63,202 nucleotides of DNA, filler included, from an uncultured Myxococcia bacterium (GCA_964617105.1; 10 parts of 10 records of this genome joined end to end with filler, not necessarily neighbours in it); one strand, 5' to 3'. Positions 20,296-31,183 are shown, counted from the first letter of the whole stretch. Translations and numbers: made by a program. The notes: a model not told the origin generated them from the letters alone.

Positions 20296-22638
20296 CTAGT
20301 AAAAGACTCTACCTCTATCGATAATAATATTTTCTGGCGATGATTTACCTTTACTTTTGGTGATATCCTTAGGTTGGCGGCAGGGCAGGACTATTTTTAT
20401 CAGCGTGCCCCCCTCTTTAAGGTTATGGAGGGATATTTTTCCCTGGTGGCTACTAATAATTTGATAACTTATGCTCAATCCCAGACCGGTCCCAACTCCC
20501 ACCGGTTTGGTAGTAAAAAAGGGATCAAATACTTTGGTTTTTATATTTTCAGGTATTCCCCGACCGTTATCCTGGAATTGGATTTGGATATTTTGATCGT
20601 CGCCAAAAGTGCTGATTTGTAGCCTCCCCCCCTTGTCCATGGCCTGTACCGCATTAATAACAATGTTGAGAAATACCTGGTTCAGGCGATCTGGAAAGCA
20701 CTGCAGATGTTTTGTCCCTTTGCGGGTAAAGATAACTTTGATATTTTTTTGCTCCAGCAGGTTGTTACTTAAAGTGAGCACCTTGTCTACAATTTCGCAT
20801 ACATCCGCTTCTATCCACTCCTCTTTGCCCAACCTGGAAAAATCTCTCAAGTCAGAGATGATTTTTTTTACTCGTTCCAAACCCTCTTCGCAGCGAAGAA
20901 TAAAATGGCCGGTGGAATCCATGAACTGATAGATATCCTGGTCCAATTCTGTTTGTTCAGACTCCTGGATGTAGTGGTGAAATTCCGGAAAGAGTTTTAG
21001 CCTGTCTGCCTGGGTTTCCGACTCAGCCTGAAAATCCAGCACATCCTGTTTGTATTTATCCCACTTTTCCATCTGCAGAATAAACTCATCTACGGCCTCT
21101 TTTTTTTCCTTTTCACAGGAAGCGGCCAGCCAATTCAACCAGGCCTGGTCAAGGGTAATTTTACGCGCCATCAGGGCAAATTTATTACGCAGCAAATCTA
21201 CGTTGGCACATACATAAGCCAGGGGATTGTTTATCTCGTGGGCAACCCCGGCAGTAAGATTGCCCAGGCTGGACATCTTTTCACTTTGGATTAGTTGCTT
21301 TTGCATCTCGCTCAACTGGCGGGTTCTATGGGCTACTTTGTCCTCTAATTTTTCATTCCATAGTTGCAGTTGGCGCTGTAGTTTATACATCCTCAGCAAG
21401 GCGCTGACCCGGGCTAAAAGTTCATACCGGTTAAAAGGCTTGGTAATATAATCGTCCACGCCAATATTCAGACTGTAGATAGTATCATCGATTATTCGCC
21501 GGGAAGAGATTATTATTATCGGAATAGAGTGTGAGTCAAATTGACGTTTGAGAATTTTGCACAACTCAAAACCGTTTAGAAAAGGGAGAAATAGTTCGGT
21601 GATCACCAGATGAGGCTTATTTTGAAGTATCTTATCCAGGGCTTCTTTGCCGTTGGCTGCGGTGATTGCCTGGTAGTTGTAATCGGTAAGGATAGAGGCT
21701 ATCATCTCTCTGGAAGTGGGAGAGTCATCCACTACCATAATCAGTTCATTTTCTCCGATCTGAATCATCCGGTCGGTATCTGAAACAGGACCGGTAAATT
21801 GGTAATCATCCTTTGAAGATTCCGGGCTGCTGGTTTCCGGCTCCATTAGATTATATTCATCGGAATTGGTTTCCAGGTCAGTGGAAGGGGTAACCTCCTC
21901 AAAAGGACGAGCCCGTAAGGTAAAATAGAAGGTGGTGCCTTCACCCACCTTGCTTTTTACCCCGATTTTACCGCCGTGACTTTCTATTATTCTTTTATTG
22001 ATATTGAGGCGCAATCCACTGCCCTCATATTCCAGCGGGATACTGCCGCCAGTGGTTTTAAATCCTCTGAAAATGGCTCTAATCTCCTCTGGCCTGATCC
22101 CCACTCCGGTATCCTGGATAGAGATTTTGACCATATTCTGCTCAGTGCTGGCTTTTAAAGTGATATTTCCCAGGTCAGTAAAACAGACCGCATTTTCCAG
22201 AAAATTCATCACTACTTCCCGGATTTTTCTCCGGTCAGCATAGACCATGGGCAGATCATCCTGGATAGCCAGGTTGAACTTGATAGCCTTGTCACCGATA
22301 ATTCCATAGACCAGTGGAACTATAACCTTAAATATTTCATGGAGGTGAAAATGCTCCAATTGATAACTTTTCTCTCCGGTTTCCAGCAGGGATAGTTCCT
22401 GGATATCCGCCACCAATTCTCTCATGTTTAAGGCGCTCTCTTTGAGCATTAATATTTGGCGCCGTCTGCCCAGATTATTATTTAGAGATTTTTCTTTTAA
22501 TAGCGATTCACTAAGGGCGATGATACTTTGGGCAATAACGGTTAGATTATCGGAGGTTTTTAAAAAAAGATTGGGCTTGTAAGCGTCTTTTTTAATCATG
22601 ATCTGGAAAAATGTCGAGGTTCGTGTAATCTTGTTCAA
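20296..22638 (-). CDS. Hybrid histidine kinase: degenerate HisKA-HATPase-REC-HisKA-HATPase
   Basis: Two HATPase domains (DTGVGI/GSGL and DNGRGI/GTGLGL), REC VVDD...KPF, intact H-box GVAHEINNPL. Confidence 0.88.
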   Translation of the reverse strand: MNKITRTSTFFQIMIKKDAYKPNLFLKTSDNLTVIAQSIIALSESLLKEKSLNNNLGRRRQILMLKESALNMRELVADIQELSLLETGEKSYQLEHFHLHEIFKVIVPLVYGIIGDKAIKFNLAIQDDLPMVYADRRKIREVVMNFLENAVCFTDLGNITLKASTEQNMVKISIQDTGVGIRPEEIRAIFRGFKTTGGSIPLEYEGSGLRLNINKRIIESHGGKIGVKSKVGEGTTFYFTLRARPFEEVTPSTDLETNSDEYNLMEPETSSPESSKDDYQFTGPVSDTDRMIQIGENELIMVVDDSPTSREMIASILTDYNYQAITAANGKEALDKILQNKPHLVITELFLPFLNGFELCKILKRQFDSHSIPIIIISSRRIIDDTIYSLNIGVDDYITKPFNRYELLARVSALLRMYKLQRQLQLWNEKLEDKVAHRTRQLSEMQKQLIQSEKMSSLGNLTAGVAHEINNPLAYVCANVDLLRNKFALMARKITLDQAWLNWLAASCEKEKKEAVDEFILQMEKWDKYKQDVLDFQAESETQADRLKLFPEFHHYIQESEQTELDQDIYQFMDSTGHFILRCEEGLERVKKIISDLRDFSRLGKEEWIEADVCEIVDKVLTLSNNLLEQKNIKVIFTRKGTKHLQCFPDRLNQVFLNIVINAVQAMDKGGRLQISTFGDDQNIQIQFQDNGRGIPENIKTKVFDPFFTTKPVGVGTGLGLSISYQIISSHQGKISLHNLKEGGTLIKIVLPCRQPKDITKSKGKSSPENIIIDRGRVFY

Positions 22639-22816
22639 GAAGGATTAGAAACTGATATTACTGTAGCATTTCAAGTTAGTTATAGCAAATATAAAAGGTT
22701 AATTACAACAGAACCATCACTATAACTGGTTGCAATGACCGGTTGGTTATGATAAAATTTTTAACCGCAACGGTCACTCAAACTAGATATTAACTAAACT
22801 TCCTCTTTGCCCGCAA

Positions 22817-24343
22817 ATGGATGAGATTATTTACAAAAAAATACATGAGTTGATAAGTCAGAAAGCGGGCTTAAAATTTATTAATGATAAAAATGTTTTT
22901 TCCTCCAAGGGGGTAGATAGAGCTTTTACGCAGTCCGATTTTACCAGTTTAACTGACTATTATCAGTTTCTGGCCAGTAATGACTGCCGCCATCTTTTAT
23001 GGGAATATCTCATTTCTGAAATCACTGTTGGCGAATCGAGTTTTTTTCGTAATCATTATCATACTACTGTGCTCACCAGGGAAATTTTTCCCTGCCTGCT
23101 GGATTCTGTTCGTGAAAGGAAAAAAAGCCTGAGGATATGGTCAGCTGGTTGTTCTTGTGGACAGGAACCATATACTTTAGCCATAATTTTGAATGAATTG
23201 AAGCCCTATTTTCCCAGGGTTGCGGTGCATATCCTGGCCACCGATATCAATAATATCAGTTTGCAAAAGGCTAAAAAAGGGATCTATACCCAGTGGGATT
23301 TACGCAACATGGAGAAGACCCTGGTAGATAGGTATTTTGAGCAAAAGGGACAACATTACCATCTCAAACCGAAAATAAAAGAGATGGTAAATTTTAACTA
23401 TTTAAACCTGGCCGAAGATGTATATCCTTCATACCTTACCCATACATCAGAACTGGACTTGATAATTTGCCGTAATGTTACCATCTATTTTAATGAAAAA
23501 GTCACTTTGCGAGTAATCAATAATTTCCATAATTGTCTGGCCACTGATGGATGGTTGATAGTGGGGCATTCGGAACACAATTCCAAGTTTTATTGCAACT
23601 TTGAAACAGTTACTTTTGAAAATGCCCAGGTTTACCACAAAAAACCACCTAAATCACCGGTGTCTCCTGAAGATATATTTGGGAAATTTATAGATAGAGG
23701 GACGGCTATCAACGGACGCCGACATACTGCAGCCATTGATCATCTTGGGTCTTTGGTAAAAACGCCGTCGCCGGTTTTTAATATCAATAGACAGCCCAAG
23801 TTTAGTAAAGATGATTTAAAACTCAGGCAACCATCCATTGTGGAATACTACATTAAAAAGTGTGAATTGAACCAGACGCTGGCTGCCGATGAAGTAATGC
23901 GTCTTCAATGTTTACTGGAGATAGAGAGGGGAGAGGAAAACGCCGAGATATTACAGTTTTGCTATTATCTGTTGGCCCATTTACTGGCAGATAAAAGCCA
24001 TTACAAAGAAGCTATAGCGGTTTGTGAAATGATTACCAGGGAGAATTTGTTATTAGCCCATGTTTATCACCTTATGGCGTTTATATGGGAGGAGTTGGAT
24101 GACCATGATACGGCTGTCAAGGCTCTGCGAAAATGTCTTTATGCTGCCCCCGATTTTGTTTTGGGACATTACCAGATGGCTAAGATTTATACTAAGATGA
24201 ACAACTGTTACCGCGCTACTATTGCTCGCCGCAATTTATATCGTTTGCTAAGAGATATAAATGATGATGAGTGTATTATTTTTGGAGAAGGCACCACTGC
24301 CTCCTGGATTAGAAAAGAGATGGAATTGGATAACCTGGCGTGA
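22817..24343 (+). CDS. cheR: CheR-family methyltransferase with C-terminal TPRs
   Basis: ITVGESSFFR, IWSAGCSCGQEPYT, LATDIN, IICRNVTIYF, GHSE; TPR-like C-terminus. Confidence 0.9.
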   Translation: MDEIIYKKIHELISQKAGLKFINDKNVFSSKGVDRAFTQSDFTSLTDYYQFLASNDCRHLLWEYLISEITVGESSFFRNHYHTTVLTREIFPCLLDSVRERKKSLRIWSAGCSCGQEPYTLAIILNELKPYFPRVAVHILATDINNISLQKAKKGIYTQWDLRNMEKTLVDRYFEQKGQHYHLKPKIKEMVNFNYLNLAEDVYPSYLTHTSELDLIICRNVTIYFNEKVTLRVINNFHNCLATDGWLIVGHSEHNSKFYCNFETVTFENAQVYHKKPPKSPVSPEDIFGKFIDRGTAINGRRHTAAIDHLGSLVKTPSPVFNINRQPKFSKDDLKLRQPSIVEYYIKKCELNQTLAADEVMRLQCLLEIERGEENAEILQFCYYLLAHLLADKSHYKEAIAVCEMITRENLLLAHVYHLMAFIWEELDDHDTAVKALRKCLYAAPDFVLGHYQMAKIYTKMNNCYRATIARRNLYRLLRDINDDECIIFGEGTTASWIRKEMELDNLA

Positions 24344-25511
24344 AAGCTTATATACTATCTAAAGGTTTAATTGTTTCACCCTTTGATGAGTCGGTACAAC
24401 AGAGTTGGATCAGGGATAAGACTCTGTTGGAGTGGCAACTATTTTGGTTGAAAGAGTTTAATCTGAAACCACAGATTATCAGCAACCTGGACCAGGTAAA
24501 GGCTGGGGAAGAGTTTATTTTACTCTGGGATAACCTGTTTTTTACCAGAAGGGTGCTTAAGGATTTTTTAAAAAAAATTAAATCCAGCCGGGAACCTTTG
24601 CAAGCCGCCTTGAAGGAGTGCACCTATTTAAGTAAATATTCCCACCTGCAGGATTTGAAAAAGGTAAAATCGGGGCAGGATAAAAAGTTATCTCTCTTTA
24701 ATCTGTTCTATTTTCCGGCCTTTACTTTTAAACCCCAGGAATATCAGAATTTGGCCAAGCCATATCCGGTTTATTACCGGGAATATAATCTCAAGGTTCC
24801 TACTCCCGAAAATATTATGGGAACAAAATACTGGGAGCATCCGGTAACATCCAGTATTCTTATGCATGTCAACCACTGGGTCCATATTTTATGGGTCAAT
24901 CAATTGATAATTCAGGTAAGTTGGGTGGATCACATTCTAGATAACAAATTGTGGACCCTGAGGCAGTTTACCAGGAGTTTGAGATTCAATAGCAGCAGTT
25001 TTTTTTGGCGGCTGCTGAAAAATTTTAATAAAATTGCCCGTGGCTGTTCAATTCATCCAACTGCAGTGGTGGAGGCCTCCTTTTTAGACGAGGGGGTTAA
25101 AATCGGCGCTTTTGCCATGGTGCGCGGTTCTTATATAGGCACGGGAACAATCATCGAGGATCGGGCTAATGTCAATTACTCAGTGGTGGGTCACCATTCC
25201 TTTATAAGTAAAAATTCCACCCTGGTAGGTTGTGTGGGCTATCCGGAAGGGGATCTCTGCGTAAATGGTATGCAGTTTTGTCTAACCGGTAAAAAATGTG
25301 CGCTTACTTCGCTAGTGCATCCATTGGATTCTCTGCGGGGAGAGGAGATAAAGGTGATGGCCGAGGGAAAATTGGTCTCAAGCGGTAGTCCTCTTTTGGG
25401 GTGTTGTTTTGGCCACAATTGTTTCGTGGGCGCTGATGTGCATATTGCCCCGGGTCGAGAAGTGCCCAACGGAGCCTATATTATCAGCGGTAACGATCAT
25501 TTGTTGGTCCG
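24340..25511 (+). CDS. Hexapeptide-repeat (left-handed beta-helix) acyltransferase-like protein, 3'-partial
   Basis: IARGCSIHPTAVVE, VKIGAFAMV, IGTGTII, FGHNCFVGADVHI repeats. Confidence 0.7.
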
Positions 25512-25611
25512 NNNNNNNNNNNNNNNNNNNNNNNNNNNNNNNNNNNNNNNNNNNNTTAATTAATTAANNNNNNNNNNNNNNNNNNNNNNNNNNNNNNNNN
25601 NNNNNNNNNNN

Positions 25612-25779
25612 AATTAAGCCGTAATGGAGAATTACGGCAATTGTGTGGTTTTAATCCATTATCTGGCCAAGATGAAATTCAAAGTCGGTTTGGCCTTGAT
25701 AGTGATGTTATCTATGGCAGTCGGCCATATAAAGGCTGGCAGAGAGGAGATGATGCGTTCACTTGTAAAAGCGGCTTAG
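25612..25779 (+). pseudogene. Internally deleted DDE (DUF772-type) transposase remnant
   Basis: N-terminal-type LSRNGELRQLCGFNPL joined out of frame to C-terminal-type LAKMKFKVGLALIVMLSMAVGHIKAGREEMMRSLVKAA*; family recognised from memory. Confidence 0.6.
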
Positions 25780-25815
25780 CAAATTAAAGGTCAGTATGTT
25801 TTCAGGCCTGATAGA

Positions 25816-25912
25816 CAACCCGGGTGCCCTGGGGCGGAGCGAAGCCTGCAGCGGAGAACCAGTGCACCCGGGTTGGCCTCGAGATCGAAATTTGCCACAT
25901 GTCGAAATGCTC
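25816..25912 (+). repeat. Hairpin-containing dispersed repeat, probable IS end; second copy at 43399-43483 (-)
   Basis: 25828-25912 matches the reverse complement of 43399-43483 with 2 mismatches in 85 bp; arms CAACCCGGGTGC...GCACCCGGGTTG. Confidence 0.9.
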
Positions 25913-26023
25913 GTGATAGAAAATGGTATATTAAAAACCAGTTTTAATATATACTACAGGCAAATTTTTTTGGGGCGCCCTTAACTTGTGGCTAGATTTT
26001 TTTTTGTCTTTAGGAGATAAATC

Positions 26024-26899
26024 ATGATGATTCAAACTCTGAATACTGAACATGGGTCTTGCTGGGCTCAGGTCCGATCTCTTGGTGTAGTGCTGGTTAG
26101 TTTGTTGGTTTTCACCTTTAGTTGCGGCGAGGAAACAATCAAGTCTGAAGAAGACACCAATGTAGAAAATAATGGCCTTAAAGATGATGTCAACACCCAA
26201 AAAACTGATGATACCAAAGCTGATTATATCAAAACCGATGACACTAAAACCGGTGACACCCAGAAGGAGTACCGTTTTAAGTTCGAAAATGATCTTGAGG
26301 GTTGGCAAGTTGATTTTGCCGATTATCCTCCCAAAGACAAAGATTTTTACGATTTGGAAAGCGGTCACCAGCTGCTCCCTGCGGAGCTTGGCCAGAATCG
26401 CAAAGCCCTGTTTGTCTCTGGCATGAATAGCAGTGATGATCTTTTTATGTTTTTTAAGCGCCAGGTCACCGGGTTAGAGGTAAACACCACTTACCAGGTC
26501 AGTATAGTTCTGACCTTTGCCTCCAATGTCCCCCAGGGATGCGCCGGTATTGGAGGTGCTCCTGATTCTATCTGGGTTAAGGCGGGCGCCACCCTTACCG
26601 AGCCAACCACAAAACTTGATGACCAGAAAATCCTCAGGATGACAATTGACAAGGGGAACCAGTCACTCGGTGGTAAAGATGCTATTGTGTTGGGTAAAGT
26701 CGGAAATAAGAGCACTAAATGCAACAATTCGCCCTACGAGTTTGTGAGCCTCGATAACATAGGGAAACAACCATTTAGTATTACCACCGGCTCCACTGGC
26801 GAAGTGTGGTTGCTGGTCGGCACCGACTCAGGTTTTGAATCAAGAACCAGCCTATATTATACTGATCTTCAGTTTGTATTTTCTACGAAAGAGGAATAA
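26024..26899 (+). CDS. Hypothetical lipoprotein
   Basis: Lipobox TFSC, TDDTK low-complexity linker, domain GWQVDFADYP...GTDSGFESRTSLYY. Confidence 0.75.
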   Translation: MMIQTLNTEHGSCWAQVRSLGVVLVSLLVFTFSCGEETIKSEEDTNVENNGLKDDVNTQKTDDTKADYIKTDDTKTGDTQKEYRFKFENDLEGWQVDFADYPPKDKDFYDLESGHQLLPAELGQNRKALFVSGMNSSDDLFMFFKRQVTGLEVNTTYQVSIVLTFASNVPQGCAGIGGAPDSIWVKAGATLTEPTTKLDDQKILRMTIDKGNQSLGGKDAIVLGKVGNKSTKCNNSPYEFVSLDNIGKQPFSITTGSTGEVWLLVGTDSGFESRTSLYYTDLQFVFSTKEE

Positions 26900-29407
26900 A
26901 TGAAAAAATATTTTATCGCCCTGATTGTTTTGCTGATTCTCACCGGTTTCGCCTGTAGTGGTGGGGAAAAGATAAAAACCCCTCCGGCTGAAAATGGGGT
27001 GCTGGATTTGTCCAAGTGGGATTTTAACCTTCACGGCCCGGCCGAACTTCTGGGCCAATGGAAATTCAAGTGGCAGGAGGATAAACCTGAGTTTAGACAA
27101 CCCGGTTATGATTACAGTCAATGGGAGAACATCAAGGTGCCAGGCAGCTGGAACGACAAAACCGGTTCAGGCCCGGGCTATGGTTGGTACAGTTTGAAAG
27201 TGCTTTTGCCGGTCACGAAGCAAAGAGTGCTTTTGGGCCTCCGGATTCCATATATGTTTACCTCTTATTCGATTTACCTGGACGGAGTAAAATTTGCTGC
27301 CAATGGTAAGGTTGGAAATACCAAAGATGAAACCCGGGCCCAGATTCTACCGCTCACCAAGGGCATCACCTTAGCGGCTGACCAAAAAGAGGTAGTGTTG
27401 GCTATCAAGGTGGCCAACTTTTCCCACCGTTTAGGGGGGATGACCGAAAACATTAAGATAGCACCCTTGGAGATTATACAGCATAGAAATTGGATTAATC
27501 TTACCCAGAATATAGTTGTCCTGGGTGTTTTGCTGATGATGTGTCTTTATCATACCATGCTTTTTTTGGGCCGGCGGGAAGACAAGGCCAGTTTGTATTT
27601 CTCCTTACTGTGCCTGACTCTTGTTGTCCGTTTTTTCTTGACCGAGAACTATCTGGAAGTAATTATCCCCGGGGCAGATATCTTTGACTGGCGCATGACC
27701 ATTGAGTATATCACTTTACCGGCTGGATGGATTACTTTGTATCTCTTTTGTTACTACCTGTTTCCCCAAGAGATCTCCAGGCGTGCAACTCTAGTTCCTC
27801 TAATATCAGGTTTTGTTTTAATCCTGTTTACCCTTTTAACCAGCCCGCTTTTATTCAGCAAACTGATTCTGGTATACAACCTTGTCATGCTAATCCTGAT
27901 CATATTTTTGTCTATCAAAATGGTGAAGGCCAAAATGCGGGGTCGTTTGGGAGCCGGCTTGCTGCTGTTGGGTGCAGGATTTTTCTTTTTTGGTCTTATC
28001 CATGATATCCTCCACGCCAACGAGGTGATCCGCACCTTTTTCATCTCCCAGTTTATGTTGGTAATAATGATTTTTTTTCAATCGGCAGTGCTGTCAACCC
28101 GTTTTGCCATGGCTCACCGCAAGTCAGCCAAACTGAGTCGGCAATTGGGTGAAGTTCACGAAATCGGCACCAAGATATCCAGGATGCAGATTTTAAAGCC
28201 CCTTTTGGAGCAAGCCATCAATGATGTGGGCACCTTGCTCAAGGTGCGTAAGGGGGCCATCTATATTTTTGATCAAAAGGAGGAGATGCTGTATAACACT
28301 GTCCGATACGGCTGGTCAGAGGATGAACAAGTGAAGCAAAGTTTCAAGATAGGCCAGGGAGTGATAGGCAAGAGTTTTGAGTCGCGCTCGGTTTTAATAG
28401 TGGATGATGTGAATAAAGATAAAAATTTTATTAACCAGGGTAAAGATAACTGGCGAGGCTGCAAGACCATGATGGCTATTCCACTCAATTATCAGGATGA
28501 AACCTATGGCGTGTTGACTATTCAAGATAGGCTTGACTCCAAGGGGATGCGTTTTGACACCGATGACCGTTACATTGGCGAAAGCCTGGCCACCAATGTG
28601 GCTATCCAGATCAAAAATATCGAACTTTTGGCTGAAACAGCTGATAAAGCGCGTATGGACCAGGAGTTGAAAACCGCCCAGGCAGTACAGGGTGCTCTGT
28701 TTCCCGACTCTAATCCCACCACCGATAAAATTGAAACCGCAGGCTTTTTTGAATCTGCCTCCGAAACCGGCGGCGATTGGTATGGCTATTTGATCGATAC
28801 CGGCCGCTATTATTACATCCTAATCGGCGATGTAACTGGCCACGGCACGCCGGCAGCTCTGGTCACTTCTGGAGTGCGCAGTGCCTGCTCTATTATTGAC
28901 AATGTAAAAGATAAATTTGACGATTTTGCTATCTCGCCATCAATGATCCTCGACCATTTAAACCTGGTGGTTAATGAAACCGGAATGGGCAGGTATGTAA
29001 TGACTTTTTTTATTGCCTGTTTTGATAACGAAACCAATGAATTGACATACTCTAACGCTGGTCACAATTTACCCCTGTATTACTCCAAAACTGCAGACAA
29101 GGTAAAATCCCTGGTGGCAAGAGGTTCCCGTTTGGGTTACAGCCTGGATTCGAAATTTACAAATAAAAAGCTCACCATGTCAGCTGGTGATGTAATCTTC
29201 TTCTACACCGATGGCCTGATTGAGTGTGTAAATGATAAAAATGAGGAATACGGCAAGAGAAGGTTTAAAAAACACTTTCACTCCCTGGTTGATAAAACAC
29301 CGGAAGAGATCAAAGACCAGGTTATTGAAAGAGCGTTCAACTTTTTTGGTGAAGTGCCCAGAGATGACGATGTCACGGCAGTAGTTTTGAAAATTAACGG
29401 CAATTAG
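26900..29407 (+). CDS. 7TM-DISM sensor / GAF / SpoIIE (PP2C) phosphatase
   Basis: GVLDLSKWDF..LLGQWKF extracellular domain, 7 TMs, GAF, GGDWY, IGDVTGHG, YTDGLIE, DDVT. Confidence 0.9.
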   Translation: MKKYFIALIVLLILTGFACSGGEKIKTPPAENGVLDLSKWDFNLHGPAELLGQWKFKWQEDKPEFRQPGYDYSQWENIKVPGSWNDKTGSGPGYGWYSLKVLLPVTKQRVLLGLRIPYMFTSYSIYLDGVKFAANGKVGNTKDETRAQILPLTKGITLAADQKEVVLAIKVANFSHRLGGMTENIKIAPLEIIQHRNWINLTQNIVVLGVLLMMCLYHTMLFLGRREDKASLYFSLLCLTLVVRFFLTENYLEVIIPGADIFDWRMTIEYITLPAGWITLYLFCYYLFPQEISRRATLVPLISGFVLILFTLLTSPLLFSKLILVYNLVMLILIIFLSIKMVKAKMRGRLGAGLLLLGAGFFFFGLIHDILHANEVIRTFFISQFMLVIMIFFQSAVLSTRFAMAHRKSAKLSRQLGEVHEIGTKISRMQILKPLLEQAINDVGTLLKVRKGAIYIFDQKEEMLYNTVRYGWSEDEQVKQSFKIGQGVIGKSFESRSVLIVDDVNKDKNFINQGKDNWRGCKTMMAIPLNYQDETYGVLTIQDRLDSKGMRFDTDDRYIGESLATNVAIQIKNIELLAETADKARMDQELKTAQAVQGALFPDSNPTTDKIETAGFFESASETGGDWYGYLIDTGRYYYILIGDVTGHGTPAALVTSGVRSACSIIDNVKDKFDDFAISPSMILDHLNLVVNETGMGRYVMTFFIACFDNETNELTYSNAGHNLPLYYSKTADKVKSLVARGSRLGYSLDSKFTNKKLTMSAGDVIFFYTDGLIECVNDKNEEYGKRRFKKHFHSLVDKTPEEIKDQVIERAFNFFGEVPRDDDVTAVVLKINGN

Positions 29408-29454
29408 TACTGTAACCCGTAAAATTTTTAAGAGAAGCTATAATTGCCATTGCT

Positions 29455-29937
29455 ATGGAAAATTTAATTACTCCAAATCATCAATTATTCATGCAGGAGG
29501 CGTTGGAGGAGGCAGAGAAGGCGGCTGCAAAGGAGGAGATTCCGGTAGGCGCAGTTATAACCTATCAGGGGAAAATAATTGCCCGGGGACATAATATTAA
29601 GGAATCCACTAAAGATCCCATTGCTCATGCCGAAATTCTGGCTATAAAGCAAGCCTGTAGTCAATTGGACAACTGGCGGCTTACCGGCTGCATCCTCTAT
29701 GTTACCAAGGAGCCTTGCATAATGTGTTCCGGCGCTATAGTGCAGGCCAGGGTAGAAACAGTAGTTTTTGGCTGCCGGGATTTAAAGGCCGGGGGGGCTC
29801 AAACCCTGTACCAGATATTAAGCGATCCGCGGCTTAACCACCAGGTCCGGGTGGTGGACGGAGTGCTTGAAGACAAATGCCGTCAACAATTGAGCGATTT
29901 TTTTATCAATTTAAGAGAAAGTCGGCAAGGAAAGTGA
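29455..29937 (+). CDS. tadA: tRNA adenosine(34) deaminase
   Basis: EIPVGAV, AHAEILAI, TKEPCIMC, RLNH. Confidence 0.93.
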   Translation: MENLITPNHQLFMQEALEEAEKAAAKEEIPVGAVITYQGKIIARGHNIKESTKDPIAHAEILAIKQACSQLDNWRLTGCILYVTKEPCIMCSGAIVQARVETVVFGCRDLKAGGAQTLYQILSDPRLNHQVRVVDGVLEDKCRQQLSDFFINLRESRQGK

Positions 29938-29969
29938 CTGACTCGAGAACTGAAGTAGTTGCAGTATGC

Positions 29970-30059
29970 GGAGAGATGGCCGAGTTGGTCGAAGGCGCTT
30001 GACTCGAAATCAAGTGTGCGGTTTCCGCACCGTGGGTTCGAATCCCACTCTCTCCGCCA
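29970..30059 (+). tRNA. tRNA-Ser: tRNA-Ser (anticodon CGA)
   Basis: GGAGAGA/TCTCTCC acceptor stem, CTTGA-CTCGAAA-TCAAG anticodon arm, long variable arm, GGTTCGAATCC T-loop, encoded CCA. Confidence 0.96.
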
Positions 30060-30484
30060 AAATCCTTTGAGTTAAGTGTTTCAGATGATGTGATTTTTCT
30101 TATGCAGCAAGGGGCAGAGACTACTTTGAACATTTAAAATCCTAATCAACTCTTACTCTAGTTACTCAATTGAACTTATCCCAATTTGTACCATTTTAGA
30201 CCATTTTTACAACGATATTTTTAACCAACAATTAAAACATTCCTTTATAAAGATTCTACTTATCTACACCTTGTGGCCTGAAATGGCTACCAACATAAAA
30301 AAACTGGCTACTGAAGAGTTAGGAAAGAAAGGTATTGAGCATAACCGCCAGAGGAGAAAATAGTCTCTAAATGAAAATAATTTCTTCAAATTCAGTAAAA
30401 GTTGTCCGGGTTGTCCAAAGTGTCTGAACTGTCCTTGGCAGATAGGGGGAAAAAAGTTAGGAGGGAATTAACGAAGCAGTATTT

Positions 30485-30682
30485 TTAACAAAGTTTGAAA
30501 GGAGAATCCCATGGAAACCAATTTGGTTTTAGGTGTGGCCAGGGTGCTTGATTTTTTCCTATAGCCTGCTGGTAATCGTTGTGGTAACAATCGCGGTGGA
30601 AACTCTCCACTAGATCAGCACATTCTGCCCGCGTATAATCAAAGTTTTCGGTCATGGTGTCAATCAAATCGGCTTTGGTCAT
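30485..30682 (-). pseudogene. IHF/HU N-terminal fragment
   Basis: MTKADLIDTMTENFDYTRAECADLVESF matches IHF-alpha helices, then unrelated sequence. Confidence 0.6.
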
Positions 30683-30839
30683 GTGGGGTTACCTAATAGT
30701 TTGGATGATAAGGGTAATTATCGTTGTAAAAAAAATATATTCATTCAAAAAATCTAACTCTAAAATAACATTCTGGAAAATGCAATTGGAAATGGGAATT
30801 TAAAATTGCGAATACGTTGCGCTTCAAATGGAGTAAGGG

Positions 30840-31139
30840 CAAAAAAGATATGGACAGAGATTTCTTTTTTAACAGCAAATTCTAATATTTCCAAAACCAG
30901 TGTGGTTGGGCGTGAACGTCTTAATACTTCAACCACAACAAACGTATCACTAGGTTTAGCAAAGTCAATAATTTTTATTATCTCTCTTTATTTTTCTCCA
31001 AGACAATTGACCGCTGCCATTATCTTTGATAATATTCACTGGAGTTAGGTTTTTTGTTGCAGTATTCGAGAATACCGAGTTTCTGATTTTCAGCATCTTG
31101 AGTATTGGTAGATACTCTGAGATAGGCGTAATTTGACAT
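30840..31139 (-). pseudogene. Frameshifted serine recombinase (resolvase/invertase)
   Basis: YAYLRVSTNTQDAENQ catalytic motif; other frames continue IKDNGSGQLSW and SDTFVVVEVLRRSRPTTLVLEILEF. Confidence 0.8.
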
Positions 31140-31183
31140 CGTTTTTACTCCAATTTTCAGGAAAAACCCAATTATGAATTTAT

